A DNA stretch of 63,669 nucleotides, counting the filler, from Saprolegnia diclina VS20 (Eukaryota), in the NCBI RefSeq assembly GCF_000281045.1. It is 11 parts of 11 records of this genome, joined end to end, with 100 filler letters (N's around TTAATTAATTAA, not from the genome) between each part and the next. Parts side by side here need not be neighbours in the genome. Positions count along the whole stretch, not along the records: positions 1 to 5,518 come from NW_008246297.1; positions 5,619 to 12,866 come from NW_008246299.1; 9 more parts are not named here. One strand, written 5' to 3'. Each line of letters begins with the position of its first letter. Positions within the stretch are counted from its first letter, which is position 1. The notes beneath the pieces are model-generated. The model ran no database searches. It was given only the letters and a program-made list of their open reading frames with translations, and was not told the origin of the DNA. Of the stretch, positions 1 to 10,972 are shown piece by piece. The position numbers and the translations under genes were made by a program.

Positions 1-1809
1 ACTTCACCGTCGCCGCAGTCGCTGTAGCTGTCCCCGAGCAGCGCCGCGTTGATGGTGCGCTGCCGTCGTCGAGGCCGAGCCGTGTTGCCAAACGACTGCT
101 GTGGCGAGCCTTGTCGACCAAAACGTCGCCTCATCTGGTCCTAGCGTCGTGTCGTACCGAGCTGCCGTCGTTGTGGCCACTTAATGTCGATCTGGCAGCC
201 GACGTTGCCCAGTTCCTGTCGTTGTCGCGACCGAATAGACATTGGCCGTGTATGATGTTGTACGTGGTAGTGTTTCGAGGAGGCTTGTGGGAGCTGAGGA
301 GAGGTATGCCCCCAAAGATCGCTTACGGCTGAGAGGCTGGAAACACGAATGCTAAGCTATCGGGGCTATGAAGCGCCCGCCTACTAACGTTCTATCCTCT
401 ATCTATAGCACGGATCTTCTCGGGTCTTTCGCTTGCTCGACCTTTTGCGCAAAACCCTTCTTCCACTACTTGGAATCGTACCGGGAATTACCAAACACAC
501 CATTTCTACTCGGGCGGAAGTTCGCGACGACGTAGAGCAAGCACGAGGTGTAATCTTACTACTGACTTTGCTTTTCATCCCACAACCAACATTACTTTGC
601 TGTACTGTCTGGATAGTACCACGGGGTACAATGTAGGCGCTTATGCTCTACATGGTGACTACACCATGTAGAGCATACAGGGCAAGTCTTAGCGCCGCGT
701 CCAAAAAGCATAATGCATCGCAGCTTAGCCTTCTTGACCAAGGCCAAAAGGAAGCGTTGGACGCCGGGCTTCCCCAACGCGCCGCTTTCGGCATTGAATG
801 TACTCTCCGATCGATACGAAGGTTCCCGCAGCGCGAAGACGGTGTCGACACTGGCACATTGCGGCCGAGTTTGCACGAGCTACCGTGTGTGGTGGTCGTA
901 ATTGCAGCTCGTTTCACGCTACGAAATTGAATCGCCAAGTAGAAGAGCATCTTCTACGCGGGGCTGCAATGCAGTCGACGCAGCCGTCTTTATGGCGCAA
1001 GGCGATATCTCTGTGCCCGAGACGGGACTATAACTCGCAATCCCCGATGAGCAGCGCTTCATTCGACTCGACGTGAAAAAAAGGTCGAGCGGCATTGAAT
1101 CGTCTCTCGGACGAAGAGATTTCGATTTTGCAGCAGTGCTAAGCCGCGGTGACATCCTCGTACTGGCACCAAAGGGAGACGTACATTTGTACATCACTGC
1201 CGTGCGAGACGAAGCCACGTCACCTCGGTATGGAAAGAGTACCTACTCGGCTGCCACCAAGCTGGAACAAGCAAAGCTCAGCCGCGGTGCGCCGCCTCAC
1301 TATTGCAAAGTGAGCCTATGGTCTTGTTATGCACTATAATCTGTAGTCGCACAATGTCGAGTACCAAGACGGTAGCAGCAACACAATTGCACGCATTATA
1401 AAGTCGGTCCAAGAGCTTGTAATTTTGCACCACACGGACTCTGACACGGACCCATAGTTTGACGAAGGGTTTCGATTCAAAACCCATCGAAATCGTCGAC
1501 AACTTTTTCGGCAAAAAGCATGACGTGACACGCTGTCAGGAATCTGAAACTGTCCTCGTCTATAACGTGAAGACGAAATAAGACTCGCGTTGATGGACAT
1601 GAATCTTGTCAAATGCTTGTAGTTTGACTGGGGGGAATTTGCAAAAGACGTCATGGCTTGGGTACCTTTCTGTAAAACACGCAGATTTCTGCGAAACACG
1701 TCATGAATACGTCATGAACTCTGGTGAACCCGCCAATTCCTCCAAATAAGTACACCTTATTTAACACTATTTCAGAAACATGTAATAAAGTTACTGTTTC
1801 GTTGGGGGC

Positions 1810-2292
1810 GTGCCATCTTTCAAGCGTCATGAGCAGGCTGTCGCTTGGACCCAGCACGGTCTCAAGGTTACGCCGCATGGCCAAGATCTTCTCGACGAAG
1901 CCAACAACGCGTCGGACGCATTTGCCTGCAAGCGCGCGCGCGCCGATGTGGTCTACGTGTCCGTTCCGAGAAAGCTCTGGCGCGTCGACATAGTCAAGTT
2001 TACGTGCACTTGCGCGCACAAGGTGCAGTACCGCACCCCATGTTGCCACTTGGTAGCGGCCCTCAAGTGCGTTGGCAGCTACATCAAGATCTGCGAAGCG
2101 TTTGGTGACGAGTGCAAGGTGGCGACGAACTCTGCGGCCTACTGTGGCGCCTCGGTGGCTTTGCCCATCGACTACGAAGAAAATGTCGACCCGACAATGC
2201 TTCCGTCGACGTGCGTCAAGAAGCGCAAGAGAGGCCCAGTGGTGTGGCGCGTAAGCGTAGCAAGGGAAAATAGTTACCTTCACCACTGGTGA
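1810..2292 (+). pseudogene. C-terminal remnant of MULE transposase (SWIM zinc finger)
   Basis: WRVDIVKFTCTCAHKVQYRTPCCHLVAAL matches the CxC-x(n)-CxH SWIM motif. No DDE core is present. It lies between the MULE TIRs. Confidence 0.75.
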
Positions 2293-2495
2293 CATCTCTC
2301 CAAATGTATAAGTGCATTCCCCTTCTATGTGTGCGTCCATTCCACTTGACGTGTGACAGCAATGCGCGTGCTGGACGACTTGTCAAAAATCGTGAAGTCC
2401 ATTGCGATACTTATTTAAGGGAATTTTCGTGATTGTCAGACTTGCCAGGCGGGTTCACCAGAGTTCACGACGTATTCATGACGTGTTTCGCAGAA

Positions 2496-4148
2496 TCTAT
2501 ATTTTAATTAAAAACGACTTTCTTGCGCGAAGCGCGGCACGAGCGCAGCGAGGGCACCCGGCGATAGCCGGGCCCGTGCGATAGCACGGTAGGGCAAAAT
2601 GAAGTCGCAACATGGTGTTCCGGCGTGCGTGGCACGTCGGGAAGGGTCAAATTCGGTTAAGTACGATTGGCATGTCAATGTCGTGATTTGGGACTTGGTG
2701 TTTGTAACAACGCTACAAAGTGCGAAAGCGTACTTAACCGAACCGCGCGCAGCGCGCCACGAGCGTAGCGAGTGCACCCGGCGATAGCCGGGGTCCGCGC
2801 GGTAGGGACACATGTGCCATCGATGCGCGCAGCGCCAATCCCGAGCGTAGCGTGTGCACTTGCGATAGTGCACGGCAGCGTGGTAGGATATTGTGCGCGA
2901 TAGCGCGGGACCTCAATATCACGCGTGGTGTTAGATCAATGAGTCTGATGGCGATGTTAGAATTGTATCTGGAAGTTACGGTTGCTTTGCAGGTTTCTAT
3001 TGCAATCCGCGCGTCAAGCACAGAGCAGAAGATCCGATCATGGTGTGGACGCCAGGCTATGCGGCTGAGCGCAAGTGCGAGCAGCGGAATCGCCAAGCTT
3101 CATGCGCCCTGGCGACATCTACTCTGACCGAGGAGGCCAAGGAGCTCAAGCGGAAGATCGCCGCGAGGCAGAAGCGACGGCAGCGAACCAAGGCGTCGAC
3201 CGCGCCCGCCACTGCATCTCCAGGCGAGGCGCGCGTGCAGCGGCCGCGCCTGTCACAGTAGAATTGCTGGGCCTGCAAATCCGAGTAGCGATTCTTTAAA
3301 CCACCTCATGAACGTTATACATCCTGCAATGCTGATCATTCCGCGATGCTGTAGCAAGCTGTTGTGCGTGAAGCGTCCTGCTATGCAGTATTGGACCAGA
3401 GTGCCGAAATGATCCTAAGATTGAAGCGGCTAAGAAAGAGCTCCTTTCGGACGGCTCTAACAATAACAACCCACCTGAGCGAGATGGGGTAATTGAATAA
3501 CGACTTTTTGCGCGAAGCGCGATAGTGGCATATGCCATGCGCGAGCGTAGTGAGTGCATTTGGTATCGTTGGGGCCTGCTGCGATAGCGCGGGAGGTTGC
3601 ACAGCAGTGTAGTTTCCGGCTGAACGCCGGTAGCGATCCGCTGGGCACCGCAACGAACCGGAGGTCGCGTCCGTCGCACGCGTCCATCACACATTCGCCA
3701 TGTGAATGCGTGTTTGCAGTAGGAAGGGTGCGTTGGACATGCATAGTACAAGAGCCCGTAAGGGTGGAAGGCATCCACACTGTCCAAGCTACGACACAGA
3801 CATACCGCTAGGTTGCACGCGGCCCCAATACCAAACTGAAATCAAAAAGCGCGACAGCACCTGCACAAACCTTCTACATGGATCAAACCACTGCGCATGC
3901 GACGCAGAAAGACCGCTAGATGGCCCACCTCAACCACAAAGACCAACCACACCCTGCCCCAAGAAAACCCGAGGTTTGGGGCAGGGTACGTTCAACTTCA
4001 ATGCACATGATCCCGTCCACCGACGAGTCCAAACTACGTCACACGTAGTACGCGATCCCTCCGCTAGATTGCACGCTACCCCAATGCAAAACCTCGACCA
4101 AAGAGCTCGACCAAAACCTGCCCCAAGAAAACACGAGGTTAACCCTAG
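2496..4148 (+). mobile_element. Non-autonomous Helitron-like element nested in the MULE right TIR
   Basis: Starts TCTATATTTTAATTAAAA and ends CCCTAG. Inserted between A2495 and T4149 with no TSD. Removing it restores the TIR (cgcagaa|tctgcgt). Hairpins occur near the 3' end (3951-3987). Confidence 0.8.
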
Positions 4149-4459
4149 TCTGCGTATTTTACAGAAAGGTACCCAAGCCATGACGCTTTTTGCAAATTCC
4201 CCTTTGACTGGTGTGTCATGGCACACATAGAGCTCGACAGCGAGAGTTTGTACGCTTGTAAGATAAATAGTACGTTGTACCTCTGGCTTCAAGGAGGATC
4301 CCGGCGTGACACAATCCGACACAAATGACGTGGCAGCATGGCGTCGAGGCGTCGTTATGGCGATGCGTGGTACGGCCGCATGAGTTATTCTGATATGAAA
4401 GATCCATGTAATGCACACATAAACGACGAGTTGATTGTGCTTAACGCGTCGTACGATGT

Positions 4460-5467
4460 TTACGCGGACGTGGCTTTCTTGAGGCACGCGTCCGAGTTGC
4501 CATTCCCGCCCGGATACGAAGTACCAAGCGCGTTGAGGAGGCTGCTTGCAGTGTCGTCTTGCGTCACCTCCCACGCAAACACACCACGAAGGTTCATGCA
4601 CGCGGTGAACTTGGCTTTGGCCGCGATCGACGCCGGGTTGTCGTACGTGATCTTGCGGGAGCCTTTGACGAGCTGCGGTGTGAACGACGCCTTGTTCATA
4701 GAGTACGCCCAGGAGCTCTCGAGCGGCTTGATGTCACGGTATGTGATTGCCTTCTTGCCTTCGTAACCGTAAAACGGCACGCCGACAACGAGCTTGCTGG
4801 CAGGGACACCTGCACCGAGCCAGTTGCCGACCGCCGACTGGACGCTGCTGTCGTCGCCCATCAGCGCTGCGTTCGGGCGACCGTCGTTGCTGTACACGTT
4901 GTCGTAGAGCATGAGGTTCACAAAGTCGAGGCTTTCGTTGACGATCGGCGCCATCTGGTCGCGCGAGATCCAACCGGGAAGCGCGGCCGACACGACTTTG
5001 CCGGCGCCGAGCGCCTGGCGCACTTGCTGCGCGAGGACGCGGTAGTTGTTGAAGTCGCTGTCGCTGTCGGGGAACTCCCAGTCGATGTCGACGCCTTCGA
5101 GGTTGTATTTGTTCACAAGCGAGCGCACGGCCTGTACAAACGTGTTGCGAGAAGCGGCAGACGCTGCGAGCGGTGGGAAGTTGGCGCTTTGACCGCCGCC
5201 ACCGATGCTGAGGACAGGCTTGGCCCCCTTGGAGCGCACGACTTGAGCAAAGTGCGCGAGGCCTTCGGGTGTGGGCAGCGACCCGTCCGCGTTCGGAATC
5301 ACAAACGCGTAAAAGACGTGGGTCGACGCCTTGAGTTGGACGTCTTCGATGCGGGGAGCCTCGGGGCGGTTGGGGTAGTACATCCCGACGACACGCGCCG
5401 CGTCCGCTTGCGGAAGGGCGACGATGGCGACGAGGGCGAGGGCGAGCGAGGCAAGGTAAGACTTCAT
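4460..5467 (-). CDS. Secreted GH18 chitinase, intronless, catalytic domain only
   Basis: Signal peptide MKSYLASLALALVAIVALPQADA; SIGGG motif; catalytic EGVDIDWE (DxDxE); NLMLYD, LVVGVPFYG, ITYDN and GVFAWE motifs. Confidence 0.95.
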   Translation of the reverse strand: MKSYLASLALALVAIVALPQADAARVVGMYYPNRPEAPRIEDVQLKASTHVFYAFVIPNADGSLPTPEGLAHFAQVVRSKGAKPVLSIGGGGQSANFPPLAASAASRNTFVQAVRSLVNKYNLEGVDIDWEFPDSDSDFNNYRVLAQQVRQALGAGKVVSAALPGWISRDQMAPIVNESLDFVNLMLYDNVYSNDGRPNAALMGDDSSVQSAVGNWLGAGVPASKLVVGVPFYGYEGKKAITYRDIKPLESSWAYSMNKASFTPQLVKGSRKITYDNPASIAAKAKFTACMNLRGVFAWEVTQDDTASSLLNALGTSYPGGNGNSDACLKKATSA

Positions 5468-5518
5468 TGCAGTGGTGCTGATGAGACGGCAAATGGGATA
5501 ATGAGCTCGAGCGCGCGG

Positions 5519-5618
5519 NNNNNNNNNNNNNNNNNNNNNNNNNNNNNNNNNNNNNNNNNNNNTTAATTAATTAANNNNNNNNNNNNNNNNNNNNNNNNNN
5601 NNNNNNNNNNNNNNNNNN
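5519..5618. other. Artificial scaffold-joining linker (N44-TTAATTAATTAA-N44)
   Basis: Six-frame stop 12-mer between N runs. The same linker occurs at 12867-12966, 21510-21609, 22798-22897, 31639-31738, 37399-37498, 45585-45684, 53236-53335, 59969-60068 and 62555-62654. Confidence 0.97.
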
Positions 5619-5779
5619 CACCAACACGGTTGTTGCCCCCAAGTAGTTCGGTCTTGATTGAGGAAGGTTTGAGTTATGATTGGGCATAATTAGGCATAAC
5701 GATTATTGTATTATTATACATATTGCTGGACGGACTTCATGAGGATGAAGCTTCTCCTTCGACGTGACGTCACTGGTGA

Positions 5780-7230
5780 TGAACCTTGCTAGTGAAGAGG
5801 TAGTTGAAGACGGCGTGACAATCGTGTGGGTAATAATGTAGCGCGCACACCCATGGTTCTTGAAGCAGCAACCGTAGCAACCGCACGAGCTGTTCTGCTT
5901 TGGGTCGCCGGACAACATGGAGTATGTGCGTTCGGACAAGCGCCGCTGCCTTGATGGCCAGTGACTCGGGTGGCGTCGAGCTGAGTGGCGCGAAATACTC
6001 TATTGTTGCGCTCAAGCCATAGCGTGTCCCAGACGCATGCGCGTGAGATGGGCCATAGCACCGCAATGGCGGATTGGTGTTGGGATATCTTTTGTGGGAT
6101 ATCAAGGCTGCAGGCTCGTAGTAGAGATAGCCGACTAACGTTCGCGGAAGACGCATCTAAAGACGGCGACGTAGAGGCGTAAACGCGTTCTACAACGTCT
6201 TGATGACGCGGCACTCGACTAGCAAGTGCTTGTACGATTCGATAGACTCGGCGCAAAAGAAGCAAGTACGATCGGATGGAACCAAGAAGGCTGCGCACTG
6301 CTATCGCCCTTAGAGCCGCTCTCCAGACGAAGTCGCCAGATCGAGGCAGTACGTTCTCTGGCAGTCGGAGAGGAACGAGAGCCGCCGCGTGAGCTTCATT
6401 TGCGCAGTAGTCGTCTGGGACCTCGAGGTGACGGCATGGTAGGTGTTGCCGATCAAAGGTGGTCTGGGGCGATAGCTTGCCAAGTGTTGTGGTGCTTGCA
6501 GAAGAAACAGCACCACCGGGCCAAGCCGCACGAGCCATGGTGGATCTGCAGCCGGGAGCTGATCTGTCGAACCTTGTGGCACCAGTTGAGCCACTCGACA
6601 GACCACTGCTGCGAGTTGTCGTATCCATCGATCAGGTGCACATTAGGGCAGCAAATTGTTGCGCTGTAAGGCGACATCGGCCGGTGACCTTCCGAGGGCG
6701 ACCAAATCTTGAACATGTGTGTATCCGGCGAGGGCCAAGGTAGCCACATATTCGCCTCCAGCCGTTGTGCCCTGACGCCAATCGTGGTGGTGCCCTTGAG
6801 ATGACCATTGATCCAGAATGGGGCCGCTTGCTTGATCGTCGGTGCCGTACTCGGAACGGTGTACAATGATACTACCATTTCGTACCACATCTTGAGCGAC
6901 GCTTAAAGGTATGGCGTCGGCCGAGAGCAAGGTCTTGATGACCGGGTGCGACGGCTGTGCTTGCAGAAGGTCTCCAAACGAGCCCCACGGATGGTATGCG
7001 GCGGTCAGTAGTCGTTCACCGGCATGGTCCATGCAGGTAGTACGAGAGGGCTTGCTAACCAGTGCTTGAGGAAGCGAACCAGCGTAGACCGGCGAGGTCC
7101 ACAGGTCATACGCGTGCGAGAGGTCGAGACCACCGTGGCGTTTGGCCATGAAGATGAGGTCTTGGCCGTGCGCTTTTCGTGTACTCATCTTGACGTTTCG
7201 CCATGGAAGACGCTCGAGTGGGGCAATAAA
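5780..7230 (-). pseudogene. Degraded 3' part of a non-LTR retrotransposon ORF2 (zf-RVT region)
   Basis: Broken frames give ESIESYKHLLVECR and WPISRACVWDTLWLERNNRVFRA, typical of the L1-type C-terminus (C..C...E...H....C then W..W..RN...F). GGLDL appears upstream. Homologous to 46040-47310. Confidence 0.65.
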
Positions 7231-8868
7231 TGACTCGACTGACCGCTAGTTATTAGGAATGGCATGGCGGGTAAACAGCGTCAAGACAATGCAAAAGGCT
7301 AGCTAGCCTACTGTCTACTCATCGCGTCTATCTGGACAGCAAAAATTCAACTTCCTTGCTGCGCCTGGAAATACGACTTTCATCACTCCACGTGCATGAA
7401 AAAGTGGAGGCTGACACGCATCGAACCGCCATCAAAGTCTTTTTTCGAGACAGACCTTTATGTATCGATAGTTTCAATTTATCAACGTCTTGCTCACGTC
7501 TCGGCTGGCGCGATCCCAGTGCGCACGCACCTACAGGTGGTTTGTTGATACCAAACATTTTGAGCCCTACATAAGGGTATTTGCCAAAATGCTTTCTGAG
7601 TCACTGGGCAGCCCAGGCTGCCAGCTGAGGACGGGGGTGCCCTAGCTACTGGGTCGCCAGTGGTTTGCATCTGGTACACACTGCAGTAAACACGCACCTG
7701 CGGACCACTTGTTGGCGTGAACAAATGCCCCGTCTGGTGGGCATCGGTACCAAAGCACTAGTTGTAGGTGGTAGCATTGGAGGAAGCTGCTTGTCTGCTT
7801 GAAGTCCGAATTGCTGTTGCCCGCGTCGACACACCGCTCCTGCGGATATGCTGCACTCGGATCGGCGCTGCGCACAATCACTTCGTCAGGTCCGTCGTCT
7901 TGCAGGTTTCCTTCCTATACGCAGCACAGCTACAACGATATTGCCAATACATGTATTACAGTTGCTCACTTTGTTGTTATTCTCAACAGTGCAACTCATC
8001 GTACGACACCTGCGATAGCGAATTCTTGGACGCGGCTGCTTCATGACTTGCCAACGCAGACACCGTCGCTGTACAATGGACCGTTGGTGCAAACGTACGC
8101 TGCTGCCTGCACGATGCTGCAATCGAGCTCGTGCAGACAAAACTCTCAGCGCCCCATCAACGGCAACGTTGATTTGCTTCTCGGCGCTGTAGCTGAGGCT
8201 CGCTGTCGCCCACTGCACTTTACTCACCGAGTTGGTCACCAACGTCAAACGTCATGCTTGCGCGTGTCGAAAATTGCTTCGACCGAGCCTTGCCCCCGTG
8301 AGCAAGCTCGCCATTGTGAAATCGAACTTGTAGTTGAGGTGACAGATGCGAGATCCAACTGCAGATCGTTTGCACAGAGCGCGTCAAAGGTCACCTCCGT
8401 CGTCACCTCACACGTGCGTCCAGCCATCAGGCGAAACACCGAGGGCAGCTTATCGGCAACGACAGAAGCCGAGAACTACTCGTGACAGGTGCAGGGGTGT
8501 TCAGTACGACGACAGGCCAATCAGAACATAACTCATCTTACTATGCACTCGTCATCCGCACACAAGCACGATCCCATTCGAAAGTTGATTCACCTCGCTA
8601 CCAGGAACAGTTGACCAGTCGCACTGCTCCCGGAAAATCGCTCATTCAAGATCGTAACACCTTGTTTTGTGCTACAATTGAACGACTCATACATGAACCA
8701 AGAGCGGCATATCTCGAAAAATACGAGAAACCATCCAAGATTGCCTCGACTTGGACAATGCATGCATCGGCCCACGACTGGTCGCGACCGTCAAAGTACA
8801 AAGGTCGGCCCTCACCGACCTCGATCACAATTCCATTTGTCGCGTACCGGCCACCACCTAAAGCTACC

Positions 8869-9627
8869 ATGGGCAACAGCAACTCCTCGCCGCCGCCGCC
8901 GCCCCCGGCACCGACCGCCCCGTCGACACCGGCGCTCTACGTGTCCCCCGGCGCGTCGCTCTTGACGCAAACCGTCCCCGAAAACGGCGCGCTGACATTG
9001 GACTGCGGCAACCCCACGCTCCAGATCTCGCGCATCATCTTTGCCTCGTACGGTCTCCCCGATGGGTCGGGACTCGGTGCCAAGTACGGCTGGTGCTACG
9101 CGGGCTCGTCGCAGAATGTCCTTGAGTCCAGCTGTCGCAATAAACAGTCATGCTCAGTCGGCGCCAACAACGGGTACGGATGCTACTTTGATGGAGTAGG
9201 TCATTAAGTTTCGGATTTGTGTAGCGTGTTTGGCGACCCGTGCGTGGGCACTATCAAGCGTCTCACGGTGACGGCCGAGTGCTCGGCTGCTCCCTCGTAC
9301 CAGACGTGGGCCAGCGTCGCGGAGCACCAGACGCTCAAGCTGGAGTGCGCCAACGGCTACGTCATTACCAAGGTCGACTATGGCTCGTACGGCACGCCCA
9401 ACGGGTACACGAACGGGTGGTGCAACGCCAAGTCGAGTGTTGACGTTCTCTCCAAGCTCTGCGTGGGCCAGGCTTCGTGCGACGTGCCGGCGGAGAACGC
9501 CATCTTTGTCGACCCGTGCGTGGGTACGTTCAAGGCGCTGGCGGCCAAAGTCACGTGTGGTCTCGGCGCGGCGCCGGAAGCCATCTCGACGCCGTTCATT
9601 ACCCCGAGCTGCAACAACGCGCCGTAG
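8869..9627 (+). CDS. Tandem SUEL-type (galactose/rhamnose-binding) lectin, 2 domains; exons 8869-9173 and 9225-9627
   Basis: Two repeats of L.C....I..I.(F/Y)ASYG...C.A.SS......C.....C.V.A.N..F(G/V)DPCVGT.K.L. A 51-nt GT-AG intron (9174-9224) restores NNG-VFGDPC. N-terminus is MGNSNSS plus poly-Pro. Confidence 0.9.
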
Positions 9628-10142
9628 TGGGACTGTTCCGTATCTGGTTGTTGAACGCCGTCGACCATGTTTGTTGCCAGCGTAAACTTGAATGCCCTCT
9701 TCTTGTCACGTCGAAAGTGTTGCTACCGGGTACTGGCGCTACCAGCAGCTTCAAAGGCAGTTCTCGTGTAGCGATTCGATAGATATTCCATGTCATTTGA
9801 TGACTCGAGGTATCGCCAATCATGCTTGAATGTCGACGTGTAATTGCAATTGCATTGAGGATTTTGGTCGGTCGGCGAACACAAAGATATCACAACGACA
9901 AGGGGATATACGATATACCTTCGGAGAGGAGTGGACAAGTGACGGCAAACCTGCCTACGGCTTCCTCATTGACACAATTACGACGCAGTAACTGCCCTGA
10001 ATATTCGCCTCGAGTCTTCCCACGGACTCTGTCATCTGACGGNNNNNNNNNNNNNNNNNNNNNNNNNNNNNNNNNNNNNNNNNNNNNNNNNNNNNNNNNN
10101 NNNNNNNNNNNNNNNNNNNNNNNNNNNNNNNNNNNNNNNNNN

Positions 10143-10265
10143 TTTGTCGACCCGTGCGTGGGTACGTTCAAGGCGCTGGCGGCCAAGGTCACGTGTGGTC
10201 TCGGCGCGGCGCCGGAAGTCATCTCGACGCCGTTCATCGCCCCGAGCTGCAACAACACACCGTAG
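10143..10265 (+). CDS. SUEL lectin paralog, 3' end only (follows a gap)
   Basis: FVDPCVGTFKALAAKVTCG...SCNNTP*. The downstream sequence 10266-10675 is a diverged tandem copy of 9628-10042. Confidence 0.75.
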   Translation, partial: FVDPCVGTFKALAAKVTCGLGAAPEVISTPFIAPSCNNTP

Positions 10266-10972
10266 TGGGACTGTTGCGTATCTGGTTGTTGAAGGCCGTC
10301 GACCATGTTTGTTGGCAGCGTAAACTTGAATGCCCTCTTCTTGTCATCTCGAAAGTGTTGCTACCGGGTACTGGCGCTACTAGCAGCCTTAAATGCAGTT
10401 CTCTTGTAGCGTTTCGATAGACATTCCATGTCGTTTGATGACTCGAGGTATCGCCAATCATGCTTGACGTGTACTAGTACTTGCATTGAGGATTTTGGTG
10501 GGTCGGCGAACACAAAGATATGTCAATGACAAGGGGATATACGATATATACCCTTGGAGAGGAGTGGACAAGTGACGGCAAGCCTGCCTACGGCTTCCTC
10601 ATTGACACAATTACGACACAGTAACTGCCCTGAATATTCGCCTCGAGTCTTCCCACGGACTCTGTCATCTGACGGTCTACTAAGCTCAGCTTGTACTACC
10701 GCCGAGCACAGAAACATGAGGCAAACCGGGGCCGTCGGTGGTAAAACTGCGACAACTAAGGTGCCTCCGACAAGGGCATTCGCCCAGGTCAACATCAGGG
10801 TGCTGGTAGTGTACAGTCAAGGGAAGTGTTTTATATCCCTTGTGCACAGTGGGCAAAACCTGGGACAATCCCATGATTAAAGTTGAAGTTTGGATGCGCC
10901 ATCTGCTGCGATCTGATTGGCTCATTTCCTTACGCTTGGCACGGTAGCAACCATTTCCGAATCGCCCCGAAC

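Larger units (their letters stand above)
1632..4202 (+). mobile_element. Non-autonomous Mutator-like (MULE) DNA transposon with ~100-bp TIRs and 9-bp TSD
   Basis: Left TIR 1632-1734 is the reverse complement of 2448-2495 plus 4149-4202 (right TIR split by an insertion). Ends are GGGG...CCCC. The identical 9-mer TTTGACTGG flanks both ends (1623-1631, 4203-4211). An internal SWIM-finger remnant is present. Confidence 0.9.

Noticed and set aside
4559..5566. Long antisense/alternative-frame ORFs over the chitinase (also over the ABCB, ZIP, Harbinger and elicitin-like genes)
   Set aside because: Expected shadow ORFs from strong GC3 codon bias; no recognisable motifs.
5563..5574. Recurring TTAATTAATTAA palindrome (10 occurrences)
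   Set aside because: Always centred in N runs; an artificial six-frame-stop linker, not biology.
8482..8868. N-terminal extension of the lectin ORF
   Set aside because: Not conserved in frame in the second copy and has no signal-peptide character; likely promoter/UTR.
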